Of a stretch of 64,000 nucleotides of DNA, positions 24,055 through 37,339 are shown piece after piece; position 1 is the first letter of the stretch, and each line of letters opens with the position of its first letter. This DNA comes from Sphaerodactylus townsendi (Eukaryota): the NCBI RefSeq assembly GCF_021028975.2, contig NC_059434.1:28334001-28398000 (forward strand), given 5' to 3'. The translations under genes and the position numbers were made by a program. The notes below the pieces were generated by a model that saw only the letters and a program-made list of their open reading frames with translations, was not told the origin of the DNA and did no database searches.

Positions 24055-24270
24055 TGCCCTCAACCATGGGCCTGGTGGAACAGCTCCATCTTACAGGCCC
24101 TGTGGAACTGTGATAGGCCCCACAGGGTCCTGGTCACTTTGGGCACAGTGTTCCACCATGCCAGGGCTAGAGTTGAAAAGGATCTAGCCCTGATTGAAGA
24201 CAGCCGGACAATTTTCGGGCCAGGAATCTCTAGTAGATTGTTATTAGTTGAGCATAATGCTCTCATTACA
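24055..24270 (-). mobile_element. L2 LINE ORF2 C-terminal fragment
   Basis: ORF 24060..24266 (RALCSTNNNLLEIPGPKIVRLSSIRARSFSTLALAWWNTVP...QFHRACKMELFHQA) matches the L2 C-terminal RAFSxxAPxxWNxLP...FRRACKTELF pattern. Confidence 0.85.
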
Positions 24271-24508
24271 ATCCAGTGGAGATCTCCCCACCACTGTATT
24301 CTAGTCGTTGCTGTGTACCACTTTGCTGCTCAGCCATACACAGTTTTTAAAAAATGTAAGATATAAACTGCTGGCAAAGCAATGCTATTTAAAAGTCCTA
24401 CCATTTGCTGTTTCCTTTTGCATTCTTTAGAGACATTAATGACTGCACAGAACAATGACAAGATCCCTTGCACCACCTACCCAAAGAGCAGTTTGAAAGC
24501 AAGTACAC

Positions 24509-24723
24509 TAAGATTGTAAACTCCAGGCTGAGAAATTCCTGGAGATCTAGAAGTTGAGCTTAAAGAAGGTGTGGTTTGGTGAGGGCAGGGAACTCTAAGG
24601 TATAATGTCATAGAACCTGCCTTTCAAAGCAGCCATTTTCTGTAGGGAAACTGACCTCTGTAGTCTGGAGATCAATTGTAATACTGGGAGATCTCCAGGC
24701 TTCATCCATAGGTTGGCACCATG
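24509..24723 (-). mobile_element. TAGGGTTGCCA-terminus repeat copy
   Basis: caaagcagccattttct...aactgacctctgtagtctggagatcaattgtaatactgggagatctccagg...ggttggcacc. Confidence 0.7.
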
Positions 24724-27667
24724 AAGTGTACTGCGATCCTAGCAGGCAAAAAAAAAAAAGTTGTGCAATCCCTGTATTGGAGGACAGACTGTACTAGAAA
24801 AGGTCTTCCTTGCACTTTCTATTCAGCAACTACTTGTATGAGCAAGGGCTACTTTAATTCACATGCACAAGCAACTAAAAGCTGGCAAGCACAACATTTT
24901 TTTCCAGCTGCAAACCTGTCTGTCAGTCATTTGAGCTATTTACCACTAACCTAATCAGATCTGGGGTTTGGCTCCCGCTGGTAGCGACCGTCTCACCAAG
25001 TTAAATACAACTGTGTTAAAAATATGTTTGCTGTGAAATTTGCACCACTCCTAGTTAGGCTTCCTTTATGTTCCATGTGTGGAACATTATAATGTCTTTG
25101 CGGCTGTATTACGGTGCCCAGCATTTAGAAGCATCTGTTTATGTAAGGAAGGAAAGAGGCTGCCAAAGCGAAAGTAATGTGATCTGTTGCAAATATCAGA
25201 TAAATATTGAGGTTGGGCAGTTCTGACAGCTGAAATGCAAAATGGGTACAGATACGTATCAGAAAAAAAATTGCAGCCCAATTTAACATATTGCCAGCCC
25301 ATGCAAATTAAATAATTTAACCGTCATAAGGGAGAAAAAAGATTACTTCTGGATAAGATGCAATTACTTCCTTACATGTACTGATAAGAAAATACACAAA
25401 TAAAGGATAATATTTGGAAAAGTTCCCTCCATATAGTCTTTTTAGTTTTGTCATCTATTCGAATGCATAAATATTACTATTTTAATACTTTAGCTTTCCT
25501 AGTTAGTGCTGTTACTGAAGGAAGTGGGTAGTTTCCTTCCTGCAAAACCCCCTTAGACCCTAGTAACCAGCTGTTATGATCCTTGAGAACACGTAGATTG
25601 AACTGCTGAGAAGGTATCCTTCCAGCATGCTAGTACAGTAATATTAAAGTGACAGGGTGTAAACCCTATATATAGTGCCTGTGTGATTGTGTGATCAAGC
25701 ATGTGAGAAAGATATTAAGCAACATATCCCAAAGACTTAAATTGTACTAAGCCAAAAAATGTCTTTATCAAAGGTTTATTATAAAAGAGAGGAAAGGAGG
25801 AGAGGAGTGGCTGCATTCAAACAAGTAGTGGGAAAAGGACAAAGCAAAATACAGGGAAGGAACATAACACACAGCCTATAGATTTTCAAACAAAAAACAA
25901 TTCATTAGACCAACTCAGCTAAGTACAGGCTACCTAGGCTGCAGTAGGGTTTTCAGAGCATGTACAGAGTTCCTTGCAGTAATTACTTAATATTTGAAAA
26001 TTTCAAGCTAAAATAAACAATGATTCCAGATCAAATAGCAGATATTTGGGGATGTGGCAGACAAATGTTCCCAATAAATAATTTAAAACTAATGTTAAGG
26101 GGTGGAAAATTACAATACTGTGGTCCTGAGACATCTTGTTCTTCTGTCCAGCTCTGTGGGAGTATACAGTTCCTTTCCTTCTGGATTGGACACAGATTTA
26201 TTTTTTCTACCAATAGAAAGGAAAGGGTAATTTCTATAGATTCCCCTTTTTGCTTCAGATTATCACCATATTGTTTGTTGGAGTCCCTTGTCCTCCAGGA
26301 TCAGCATTTTGTAGGGAACAGAGGGAGGCAGGCAAGTTCCATTCTTCTGGTGGAAAACTGAGTCTGGATTCAACTCCTTTCCCCCTTCCCCACCAGACAC
26401 CTAAAAAATTCTTTGTAGTTTCATGGGTTCTTTTTTTGTTCCCTCAGAGAATTGTTTCTTCCCTGGATGTACTTTTTAAGCAAATTATTTCAGGGGGAAA
26501 AAAAAGAAAGAAACCTTAACTATATATTCATTAAAACTGGCAGAGCAATTGGAAGCAGAAACATTTAATTTGTATTTTTGAAGTAAGGACATTTCAATTT
26601 GCTCAAATCACTATAATAATAGATAAGTGTTTTATAGTAAGATTGCCTGAAGTGGTTTTCTTTGCTGCTAATGTGTACTGTTGGTCCATTATTTTTCTCT
26701 TGTAATGTAAAGGGTTGAACTCGAATGACAATATGTTCACATAATGAAAAGTATAATTAAAATTGCATATATTGTTATGATAGTTGTCGTTAATCTGAAT
26801 TGCACCCTTAGGCCGCTGGGCAAATTAATGCCCCTCCTCCTGAGGTTTCAAGATTAAGTTTTTACCAAAATTTGCAGAGTTTTCTTTTTATTATGAATGG
26901 AATTCTATTAGTCATTCAAAACATCTGCGGCCCTGTTAGATGTACAGGGTGCGAGAGGAGCCAAAGGTGTAATAACTATCCTGTCCGCTGAGACTTGCAT
27001 CACTATGACTGGTATTTCTGTTAACTCTCATATATCTTTGGCATGTGGTTGTAGTCCAATTTAATTTTTCTAACTTTATGTTTTACCTTGGGATGATTTT
27101 GTATTCCTCTGCCATTTCAACTAGAAACTAATTTCACCTCTCCCCGTGCCAACTGGTCCCATGATTCTTTATTTCATGCCAATTTCTGTATCTTCATACG
27201 GAATTTGTCTTGTAAAATGTATGCATATTTTCACATTATTCAATATCAGACATCATATGGTGTACAACCATACATATACATACCATTTAAGTTAAAAAGC
27301 ACCTTCTTATAATTGCATCTAGCTGATAAATTGCCCCTTTATTTTGAACCTTCTGGCTATGTCAATCTATGCATCTGTAATCGCCACTGTAACACACTGT
27401 ATGAGGAGCTACTTTTAATAGGGGAACTATATTGGGAGACCTCCTGTCCCCTGCCTCAATTGCAGTGAAAGAACAGTGTATGTGTATGTGTGTGTGTGTG
27501 TGTGGGGGTAATATTTTGCGGCAACATCACAATGTCACTTCTGGCTGCATGACAGAAGTAATGTCACATGTCAATGTGGTACTCTAGCAATCCCCCCAAA
27601 TCTTTACTATAGAGGGTTTTTTTTTGGGGGGGGGGATTGCTACAGTGTCAAGGTGACATGAGATATT

Positions 27668-28085
27668 GATTTGTTTTATTTATGAATCCATTTATATCCC
27701 AACTTTCCTTATGGTTCAAGGTAACTTACAATTGGAGTTAAAAATATTTTCAGTTAAAACCAAAATAAAATAGCAAATCCCAAATCTCTCTCCCTCTTCC
27801 CTTAAAAAAGGCCCATTGTTCAAGCCCCCTTTAAAAGCCCTAGCTAACAAGCAGGTCTTGCAGAGGCTCCTGAAAATCTCTAGATTGGGGCCTGCCCCAC
27901 TTCTTTAGGGAGCCCATTCCACACAGATAGAAAACTAGATGCTCAAGGGGTCACCCTAAATGGTTTCAAAGCCAAAACAGATGGCTGCCTGACAGCTGCA
28001 GCTGTCACACAGGGACATATGGAAGGAGGTGATCTTTCAAATGTGTGGGTACGCAGACATGAAGGGCTTTAAAGGTCACAAAGAT
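27668..28085 (-). mobile_element. Old L2 3' fragment, apparently nested in a foldback repeat (~27520-28120)
   Basis: T-rich tail followed by aaaagccctagctaacaagcaggtcttgcagaggctcctgaa...gggagcccattccaca (L2 antisense). The flanks contain the inverted pair caatgtcacttctgg / ccagaagtgacattg. Confidence 0.55.
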
Positions 28086-28643
28086 CATACATGACCAGAA
28101 GTGACATTGTTGCATTGGCACACTGCCTTGTCCCATCCGGGCTTTGCCAGCCCAGCCTATGAAGGCATCTCAGAAGCATCGATTAGCACAAAATGGGGGC
28201 AGTGAGGCTTCTCTCTAGGCTGGGTAAGCCACTCAAATCTACTTATCAATTGTGCTAACATGCTATTTGTTTCTTGGCCTAATTCAAAAACTGGTTATTC
28301 CCTTTTAAAGCCCTCACCCTCCACAGTCTAGAGCCCTCATAATTGAGCTGCATCTCCCAGTACACTTCTCTTAATCCAGTTACGTTCTACACATCTGAAG
28401 ATTCCATCCCTCAGGATACTCTGTATGGTTACAGCAAGATCACATTTTCTTGTTGTGACCAAGTGTTTTGGAGTGCCATGCCAGATTGGTTGAAGAAGGC
28501 ACTTTCACTTGCTTGGGAAGGCATGCAAAGCAGTTGTGTTCCAGACAATATTTGGGAGTCAACTCAGAGAGTGAGTTGTTCAGCTGATCCAGTTGTGTGT
28601 TTGTTGATCCTGTGTGTTCTAAGGAAGCCTGGAGAGGAGGGGG

Positions 28644-28770
28644 CAAGGTTATCAGCCTCATGGTGGGACTTGGGAATCCTTTCGAACTACAGCTCATCTC
28701 CAGACTGCAGAGATCAGTTCCTTTGGAGAAAATGGATGCTTTGGAGGGCGGACTCCATGGCATTGTGTGT
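28644..28770 (+). mobile_element. TAGGGTTGCCA-terminus repeat, truncated copy
   Basis: ctccagactgcagagatcagttcctttggagaaaatggatgctttggagggcggactccatggcatt. Confidence 0.65.
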
Positions 28771-29399
28771 TTCAAAATCTTGAGGGCTTTTAAATCTGCG
28801 ATTTGCGTATTTGAATTCTGTGTCTAACTTTGTTACTTGGACTATTATAACTTATGCCCTTTAACATTGATTCCTGTGTTATTCACTTCCTTGGGTCTAA
28901 GGAGATAAGGCAGGACAGGAATGTTTTAAATAAATAGATATTAAAAACTGTACAACTTGAACCTACAAACGCAGCAGCAAAAAACAGATCTCTGAAACCA
29001 CACACCAAAATGCAAGCAGACGTAAAAAATAATGAAATATGCAGAATGATTCCACATCCCTAATACTTCTACCCTCCAGTAGCAACAATGTTCCTTATTC
29101 TGATGCAACTGGAGCCATGCTCAAGATCTGGTAATAATCTGTATATAGAAGGGGCAAGGCCAATGAACCTACCCCTCCTGCCTGCATGGCATGCATAATG
29201 GCAAGTGTACAGGACTAGGCATCATACTGTCACCTGGTTTTTCTTTCCTTTTTTTGTGGGAGAATGCTGCATCCATTTGGGCACACTCTTATAAAACTAT
29301 GGAGACAAGTTTGTGTGAACAAAGGTTATGCAATTTCACACACAACATTGGTCAGAGAAAACTCAGTTATATCTTCATCAGTGTTTGCATCAAGAATAT

Positions 29400-30031
29400 T
29401 GCCACCCGAGGTCAGGACCACCCATGCTCCGAGCCCCGATGACCCAGTAACCACACCACACTCATGACTGTGGTAAAATATATTTGCCCATAGCCAACCA
29501 TTTATTGACCTTTCAGAAAGAAGCGTGAGGCATAGTATGGGACTTGATCTGATCTGAATGCTGGGCTGAATGGATGCTCTGTGCCGCCGTAGTGGAGCTC
29601 TGCCGGACAGCCGACCTCTTACCGGAGCTCCACTCTGCGCATCACAACCACCGAAGTGCTCAGTTGGGGGGTTGGCCTCTTGCTGAAAAACTTCTAGCGG
29701 GGGGGGGGGATTGCTCCCTAGCTCCCCCGCAGCCCCATCAAATCAATTCCCATGCGCAACCCGCCCGAATGGCTATGACAAAAAAGCATGCATTAACATT
29801 GACACAAAATTATTTCAGGGAGAGGTGGATGGGCAACTCGCTGGCCGGATCTTGCTGCACATGGAGGGACAAGGGGCAGGCCAGCCTTTTATAGGCCCTG
29901 GCCATCCCTTGTTGATGACATCACGGTGCCATCTTGCCCTTAACAGGCATGGCTGCTGCCTCTTTAAGGTGGAAGGGAGTGTCTCTCTCCTTTCCCTTCC
30001 TGGGCAGCAACTGCGACCGTGGTGATTCACA
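29400..30031 (-). mobile_element. Candidate solo LTR (minus strand)
   Basis: CpG-rich block with TG...CA ends. Minus-strand TATAAAA (~29887) lies upstream of AATAAA (~29501). No TSD found and boundaries are uncertain. Confidence 0.4.
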
Positions 30032-33000
30032 GCCACTCTTCTATGAGTGCCAAAACGTATACAGGCATGTATAAAATCTGTGGTTCACTCTTTGAGTAAG
30101 TGAACACTGTAGACACACACAAAACTTGTAGTCTACTTAGGGAAGTTAATTCAGTTGTTCTTGACAGTGGGCTGTTCGCTAGGTGGTTATAAAAGATGTT
30201 TTAAGGTTCATCTAGACAGAAACAGAGCCTTTGCATGTGTTTGTATAACATCTATCACAGTAAGGTCATATTCGAAAGAGAACCTCTGGGAATTGCTGCT
30301 ATATAAATATTAAACTACAATAGATATTAACTCCCATTATTCAACTTAAGGACAGCAATTTTTCTTCTCTGGTGTATCTGCAACCTTGACAGACCTAGTC
30401 GGTAGCCACGGTCCACTATATCAGTCTCATTAATCAGACTCATCGCCTGTATTTTCAAGTCCATAATAGTTTTTCAAGCCATTTTGGAGTTCCTTAGAAC
30501 TTGAAAATGACATTCACAAAAGCTTTGCACAAAAAGAAAAGCATGGGAAACAAACAGTGTTTAGTACAAACTAATCTTTGTTTTTTTTAGATGGGATTCC
30601 ATGTACACACATATTGGAGTTGATGACTGCAGATAATTAGCATGCCTGCAACAAGCTGTAACTTTTATTATCTGTGCTGAGTTTGGCAGAGTGAATACAT
30701 CATTACCTGTGCATCTGTGCAAGAGGCTCCAAGTGGGCAGGAAAGCATTCTGACTTTTTATCATCTCTCAGCCTCCCCCCACCTCTGTTATTAGCATAGC
30801 AAAGGCAATCTTAGAAACGGTGCAAAGTGGATAAGGCTTTGGATGGGCAAAACACCAGTAATAGCTTTATATAAAGGCTGAATAATTTTAAAAAGAATGT
30901 AGCAAAATGAATAGCTGTGTGATTATTATTTTCTTAAAGCTCTTGTAAGAACGTAAAGGCAATGGGGAGGCATTCTTTACCTTTCGCTTCCCTGAGAAAT
31001 AGAACATTCGAGCCAGCCATTGCAAGGTTGCTAAGAAAGAACAATTACATCTGATAGAGGCTTGGTGAAACGCTTTTTCTTTACAAATTTGCCATCTCAG
31101 GAAGAAAGTAGCAACACCATAGCAGAACTTTGGTGCTGGCGAAAAACTAAAATAAAAATCCAAGCAACAGGATCTGGCATGGTCCCATGTTGGGACATTC
31201 AATATGCAATTCACATTGAGTTTTGATACAGAAACCTCCATTTTGCCTATTGAAATGGAAACTTGTGACGCAGCTGAAAAAAAACTGAAGAAAAAAGGCT
31301 CTGCTATGCCCGAAAAGAAATAAAAACACAGGAAACAGGCCTATCTGCACTGCACTTTAACTGAAACAAAAACTGAGCTATGAAAAAAAAAGGCTGACTA
31401 GCAGAAGCAACTTACTGCTAATGCTGAGGAAAGTTCAGCTAACCACAACCCATCCACTGCATGATGGCAAAGGAAGATCTGGAGGGAGAAAGTGTGCCCC
31501 TCTCTCTTGGTCATGTGGCCTGGGGGGGGGGAAATCAGATTGCCCAGGCTCATGACTGAGGGGGAGGAGAGCACTCATTTTATGGCTAGAAAGCTCTTTT
31601 AAGTTAGCTACAACACTCTGCGGCAGGCCTGCTCAAGCACAGACCCCATGTGTGCCTGCTCAGAGAGCCACTAGATGAACAAACAGATCTGTTAGTCAAC
31701 GCTGTTTTTGCCTAGTGAACTGATGACTTGTGAGTAACCTTTATGGAATGGAATTGCTATTTACTGCCTCATAGAAAACAGGAGGAGCATTCTCCTCACC
31801 CCAGAACAGTTTATTGATAAGTCCAGTTTATCATACTGTAAGGATTGTCGAAACTGAAGACTTCTACATTCAAGGTTTTATAATGAATAACACTTTGTAA
31901 CTTGTAACATTGGAACCATGTATTCTGATTTACTTGTGGGGGGGCATCTTGAGTTGCTCTATAGTGCCAATGTATACAGAGACAGAAGAGCAACCCCCCC
32001 CCCCCGCATGACCGCTGTGCTGGCTCCATCCCTTCCTATGCATGTTTGGCCAAATGTGGGCACGGCACCTACACACATACAAATGATGCACGCAAATGCT
32101 TTGTCCTTGTGATTGTGCATTCATCCCTGAATATTCAGTATCATGAGGACAGAGACTACATGCATACGCACAAATCAGTGCTGCATCAGCATGAAGTGGA
32201 CATGTATTGGAGGGGGTGGAGCCAAAACACTTGCCATTCTTCCCCTTCTGCTCTCATTGACTCAGTACATTAATACATTAGCTTGTGTCCTAAGGCTCTA
32301 TGGTGCCAAATATGAAGACTTCCTCCAATGGCAGAGACTCTTCCATCAAAGGGAGGCTTCTTGGGCTAGATAAAGTCTTTAAATATAAGTGAATTGGTGC
32401 TATACGAGTCATCACATGCAGTCGCTTCTCCTGCTCACATTGGTCTTTTCCAGGGACTGGACATGCAGCTATGGAAAAGAACCAGATCATTTGCCTGGGA
32501 CATGTTACTAAGCCTTTCCATGGTTTCTCTCTCACAATATTAATAAGACATTTGTACACAAGGCGATAGAGTCTCACATTTACGGTTAGGATCGTGTCTG
32601 AAATTCCAGAGCTTAGCAATATTGTTATATCTTCTTTCATGGGCTTGCCTGCTGTAATCAGTTATGAATACTGTATAAGTTATGAATACTGTGGTTATTA
32701 CTGGTCTTGTTTTTAAGGGGTTTTTTTTAAAAGCACATTTCAATCTGCTACGTGTACATTTGAAACAATGTGTCACACATCATAAAACTGCACTGTGTAT
32801 TAAACCTCATCTTTGTGAGTCAGTATCAGTTTTCTATGGTGTAAAGAGATGGAAAAAATGAATTGTGTTGGAGCTGACTTTAGTTCACTTTTGAAATAGT
32901 CTCTTGGGACAAACTATGACTGCAAACGTGTAGCTGCAAGGCAAGCTGACATCTGTTAAAAATTACCGCCTGATAAGACCTAGGAACCAGATCCCAAAGT

Positions 33001-33374
33001 GTTTTCAGTAGTATGAAACATTTGTTTTTAATGTTTTTTTAAAGTGGACATGTAGATTGTCTGCTTAGAGTAGTTCTTTTGACAAGGGATTTCCTAGCGC
33101 TTTAAATGCCTTCTAAATTTCATTGTGACGTTTGCCATTTCAGATCGCTCATAGCTTTGAGGTGAAAGAAACAATTCATTTTGAAATGAATTGCCCTGGG
33201 ACTATTTTCAAAGTGAATATACATGTTCCTTTTTACTAACGCACTTGCAGTAGCCATTGTACACCATAAAAACATACTGAAAAGATGAAACTGCCAAGAA
33301 TGCACTGCAGCTTAGAATCAGTTCACATGATGCAAAGTCCTCATGGCTACATGGGGAGTTTAGATATCATAGGT

Positions 33375-33520
33375 CAGTGGTGGCGAACCTTTGGCACTCC
33401 AGATGTTATGGACTACAATTCCCATCAGCCCCTGCAAGCATGGCCAATTGACCATGCTGGCAGGGGCTGATGGGAATTGTAGTGCATAACATCTGGAGTG
33501 CCAAAGGTTCGCCACCACGG
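33375..33520. mobile_element. Palindromic hAT MITE
   Basis: Foldback cagtggtggcgaacctttggcactccagatgttatg... / ...cataacatctggagtgccaaaggttcgccaccacgg; perfect 8-bp TSD tcataggt. Confidence 0.9.
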
Positions 33521-33591
33521 TCATAGGTAGTAGGAGTCTCATTATTCCCAGGTGCACGGGGAGTCTATGGTATGTGTGGAGAGGTTGCTTT

Positions 33592-34116
33592 GGTCAGTTT
33601 GCCACCTGGAATATTGTGTACAGTTCTGGGCAGCACAATTCAAAAAGGATATTGACAAGCTAGAATGGGTCCAGAGGAAGGCAACCAAAATGGTAAAAGA
33701 TCTGGAATCCTTGCCCTATGAAGAGATACTTAGAGAGTTGGGTATGTTTAGTTTGGTGAGGAAAAGGTTAAGAGGTGACATGATAGCTGTGTTTAGATTT
33801 TTGAAGGGATGCCATATTGGTGAGGGAGCAAAATTGTTTTCTGCTGCTCCAGAGACTAGGACCAGGAGTAATAGTTTCAAGGTGAAGGAAAAGAGATTCT
33901 ACCTAAACATCAGGAAAAACTTCCTGAGAGTAAGGGCTGTTTGACAGTGGAATGCACTACTTCCGAGTGTGGTGAAGTCTCTTTCTTTGGATGTTTTTAA
34001 AGAGAGGCTCAATGGCCATCTGTCAGGAGTGGTTTGACTGGGCGTTCCTGCATTGCAAGGGGGTTGGACTTGATGGCCCTTGGGGTCTCTTCCAACTTTA
34101 TGATTCTATTATTCTA
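33592..34116 (+). mobile_element. CR1 LINE 3' end (ORF2 C-terminus and 3' UTR)
   Basis: HLEYCVQFWAAQFKKDIDKLEWVQRKATKMVKDLESLPYEE.LRELGMFSL..KRLRGDMIAVF is the canonical CR1 ORF2 C-terminus; the element ends in tatgattctattattcta. Confidence 0.95.
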
Positions 34117-34152
34117 AGGTCTGTGCTCAGTGGGAAGCTGCATGGGCTGGGG

Positions 34153-34630
34153 CAGGGGTAGGGAACCTTTAACACTCAAAGAGCCATTTGGACCCGTTTT
34201 CCATGGGAAAAGAAAACACTTGGAGCCGCAAATAATTTTTGACATTTAAAATAAAGATAACACTGTATATATTGGGGGTTTTTTTACCTTTTACTCCGCT
34301 CATTCTGAGAAACGCATGGATGCGTCCGCCCTGCTGCCTGCAGGGCGGGCAAGGATGGGGCCAGCGGCTCGGCCTCGCTGGCCGCCGGGAAAGCACCAGC
34401 CCCACTCCAACGGGGCAGGCGAGAGGGGAAGTCCGCGGCACGGCCCAGCCGGCCACGGGCAGTTGGTGCGCCCGCCTTGCTGCCGCGGCACGGCCCAGCC
34501 GGCCACAGGCAGTTGGTGCACCCGCCCTGCAGGGCGGGCAAGGATGGGGCCAGCGGCTCGGCTCGTGGAGCCGCAGTGCAAGGGCAGAAGAGCCGCATGC
34601 GGCTCTCGAGCCGCAGGTTCCCTACCCCTG
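34153..34630. mobile_element. Young GC-rich hAT non-autonomous element
   Basis: Perfect TIRs caggggtagggaacct / aggttccctacccctg; perfect 8-bp TSD ggctgggg; internal direct repeats. Confidence 0.9.
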
Positions 34631-35876
34631 GGCTGGGGTATGTGGGTGCTGTCAGTGACAGCACAATGTCTCTTCCATTCAAGGACTGACCTGGCAGTAA
34701 TGTAATTGCATTGGTTATGATGATCTAGGATTCACCGCGAACTCAATTTCTGGTGGATTCCACACAAAGAAGTCTGCTCCTGGGGCAGAAAATGGTAAGA
34801 AAAAACACACAAACTAAATTAGCATTTAGTTGCTGTTCAGTGTTGATCAGGACTATCAGTCATTGAACTTAAAAATTCTGCTACCCTGCTGGGGTCTGGG
34901 GATGGATCCCTCTTGATCACATCTCAGATTGTTTATTTGTATATGCATTAATTTATTTTATGCATGTCTAGCTCTTAGCATTAAATTGGAGTGTCATTTG
35001 TGCCATGGTGAGAGGGGGAACAAGGGTGATGTTGGACATTTGGGTCCAACATTGATTGTCAGCAAGGTAACCCAAGTAGCTTTCAGTAGCCCCATCCTAG
35101 GGGTCGGCCACGTTGGTTTGAAGAGTGGAGCCAGTGGATCTGGAAGCAGCAAGGTTCTGTCTGATCTGCAGCTGGGGTTGTCAGCTTCAATCAAGAAAGC
35201 CATGGCCCCCAGTTTGTTAGCCCTGAGCAAGGCCCTAAACAATAGGATGTTTTGGAGATCATAAATTCATAGTGTCACCATAAGTTGGAAGTGAATCCTG
35301 ACACTTAACACACACACTTTTAATTTCTTTTTAAAAACTTCTGGCCTATGTTCCCAGAGCATGGCTAGGGAGATGATGCTTAGGTGCACATAGCTGTGTT
35401 GGTTTTCCAGAAAAAAACTTAATCAAAAAAGTTTTCAGGAAAAAAAATCAGAAAAAAAATTCTGATGACAATTTAAAAGACTAATTTAAGTATTTAAATA
35501 ATATTTTCAAAATGTTTAAAAATGTTACCAAAAGAAGGCAAGTGCACAGTGTATAAACCCAAAGCATGTAAATGCATTAGGGTTTGCCCGTGCTTCATCT
35601 TCCACATGTAGCCCATATTACATGATGGATTTTCAGCACAACAGGCTTGACAACTATAGATAAGCCGTCTCGGTCACTGTCACTTTCTCTGCAGGCAGAA
35701 AATGTTCCATGGAAAGTATAACATTTGAACATTTTCTGCCTCACTTCACCAGGTTTTACAGATCTAGCCACTTTTTTGGGTAGCTGGCACATAAGCATGA
35801 ATGAATGGATGAATGAATGAAACAACCATGTTTTTTGCTTGGTGTTACTCAAATCAGTTCCTATGTGGGAGTGTTT

Positions 35877-36158
35877 GGTCATTTCCCCACTCAGCATCTG
35901 CTGCGCGCGACTCTCCCCAGCTAGCGTGGGGTCCCACGACACTCCCCACTACATGGGCGGCGACAACGCAGCCTCCCCGACGCTGCCACTCTCGTGCCCC
36001 CTCAGCATGCGTCATTCCTGGCGCTCCTCAAAACGGCACCTTTTGATGACCCCATGCAGAGCGCAGGGTCATGGGGAAGCCCGGGAGCGAGCCAGAAATG
36101 ACGCGCACTGAGAGTAGCGCGCAGCAAAGGGTGGTCGATGGTAAGTGGGGAAACGACC
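35877..36158. mobile_element. PIF/Harbinger-type foldback MITE
   Basis: TIRs ggtcatttccccact / agtggggaaacgacc; inner inverted gctgcgcgc.actctc / gagagtagcgcgcagc; 3-bp TSD TTT. Confidence 0.75.
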
Positions 36159-37339
36159 TTTGTTACATTCAAAATTAGCCAAAGGGCAAGCCTCAGGGTA
36201 AAATAAACCATTGTAGCCTCCTGCATATGCAACTCCCAGCTTGGAACAACACAACTCAAATAAAGAAAAGATGGAAGGGAGGCAAGTACCTAAGCAGCCT
36301 ATAACTTTATTACCCTAACCAACTTTATTACCCTAACCTTCGGGGGAGGACGGTATAAAAATGAAATAATAAATAAATAAATAAATAAATATAGAGAAAA
36401 AATGAGTCAGTAACCATAACAATAATTTACTTTGCATAATTCCAATTCAAACTGTATTACTTTAAGATAGATAACGATGCAAGTTACTTTTACTCCAAAC
36501 TGTGTTTCTCTCTCTTGGCTTGTCCAGATCAAACCAACACACAGAGGCCGTTTCTACATGGCCAGAGGCAGTGGCTTCCCACTGGCTTTGATGAAGCTGG
36601 TGGAGCATCGGGACCATTCACATGGTCCCATGCGGGCAGTCCAGACGCTGATGCTGCCTACAGGGTGTCTGCGAGGGACTTAACTTGCCTTCCTCTGCAG
36701 CTCTGGGTAGCTGGAAAGACATGCCCATGCTGCCCTCTGACCCTCAGGGGCCACAGGGCAGTGTGGGCGTGTCATTCCAGTCGCCCGGAGCTGCACAGGA
36801 ATGCAAAGTAAGTCCCTTGCATACACTGGAGGGGCCAAAAGCAGCATCTTCGCACCGCTTGGGGTGGGGGGTGAACATCGTTTTTTCCATCCCTAGGGCC
36901 CTGTTATTTGGCTGGGCGGAAATGGCCCGAGAGAAGATAGGCGTTGCCTGGACTGGGACAAGGAGGAATCTAATAACTTTGTGTTTGAGGTAATGTTGCC
37001 CACTTAAATTGGGGGAATTAGCTGGAGACAGAGTGAGAGGTGGCAATTGTGATTGATAACCTGCATATACCAGGACTGTCCCAAATGAAAAGTCTTCAAT
37101 GAACAAGTGGTTGTTAGAACTGAAACGGCTTTTATTAAAATAAAATTAATAGATTTCAAACAATGAGCAAACACATGTAAAGACAAAAGGGAGGAGGTTG
37201 GAGAACATTTAGGGAAGGGTGACAATTACCAATCCTGAAGGTCTTTGGAAGCAACAAGTTGAGGAGGAAAACAACCAGTGTTTCTGAAAGATAAGAGAGG
37301 ACCTGCATTCATTTTGGATGTGGACCCTAGAGGATGCCT

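Noticed and set aside
25572-26360. Additional LTR-like blocks (also ~41700-42725 and ~60085-60680)
   Set aside because: The composition is suggestive, but paired termini and TSDs could not be defined.
32560-32650. Possible minus-strand exon (GKPMKEDITILLSSGISDTILT)
   Set aside because: Poor polypyrimidine tract and no recognisable homology.
34985-35265. Possible decayed LINE coding fragment (also ~38075-38500)
   Set aside because: No diagnostic motif could be read, so no family assignment is supportable.
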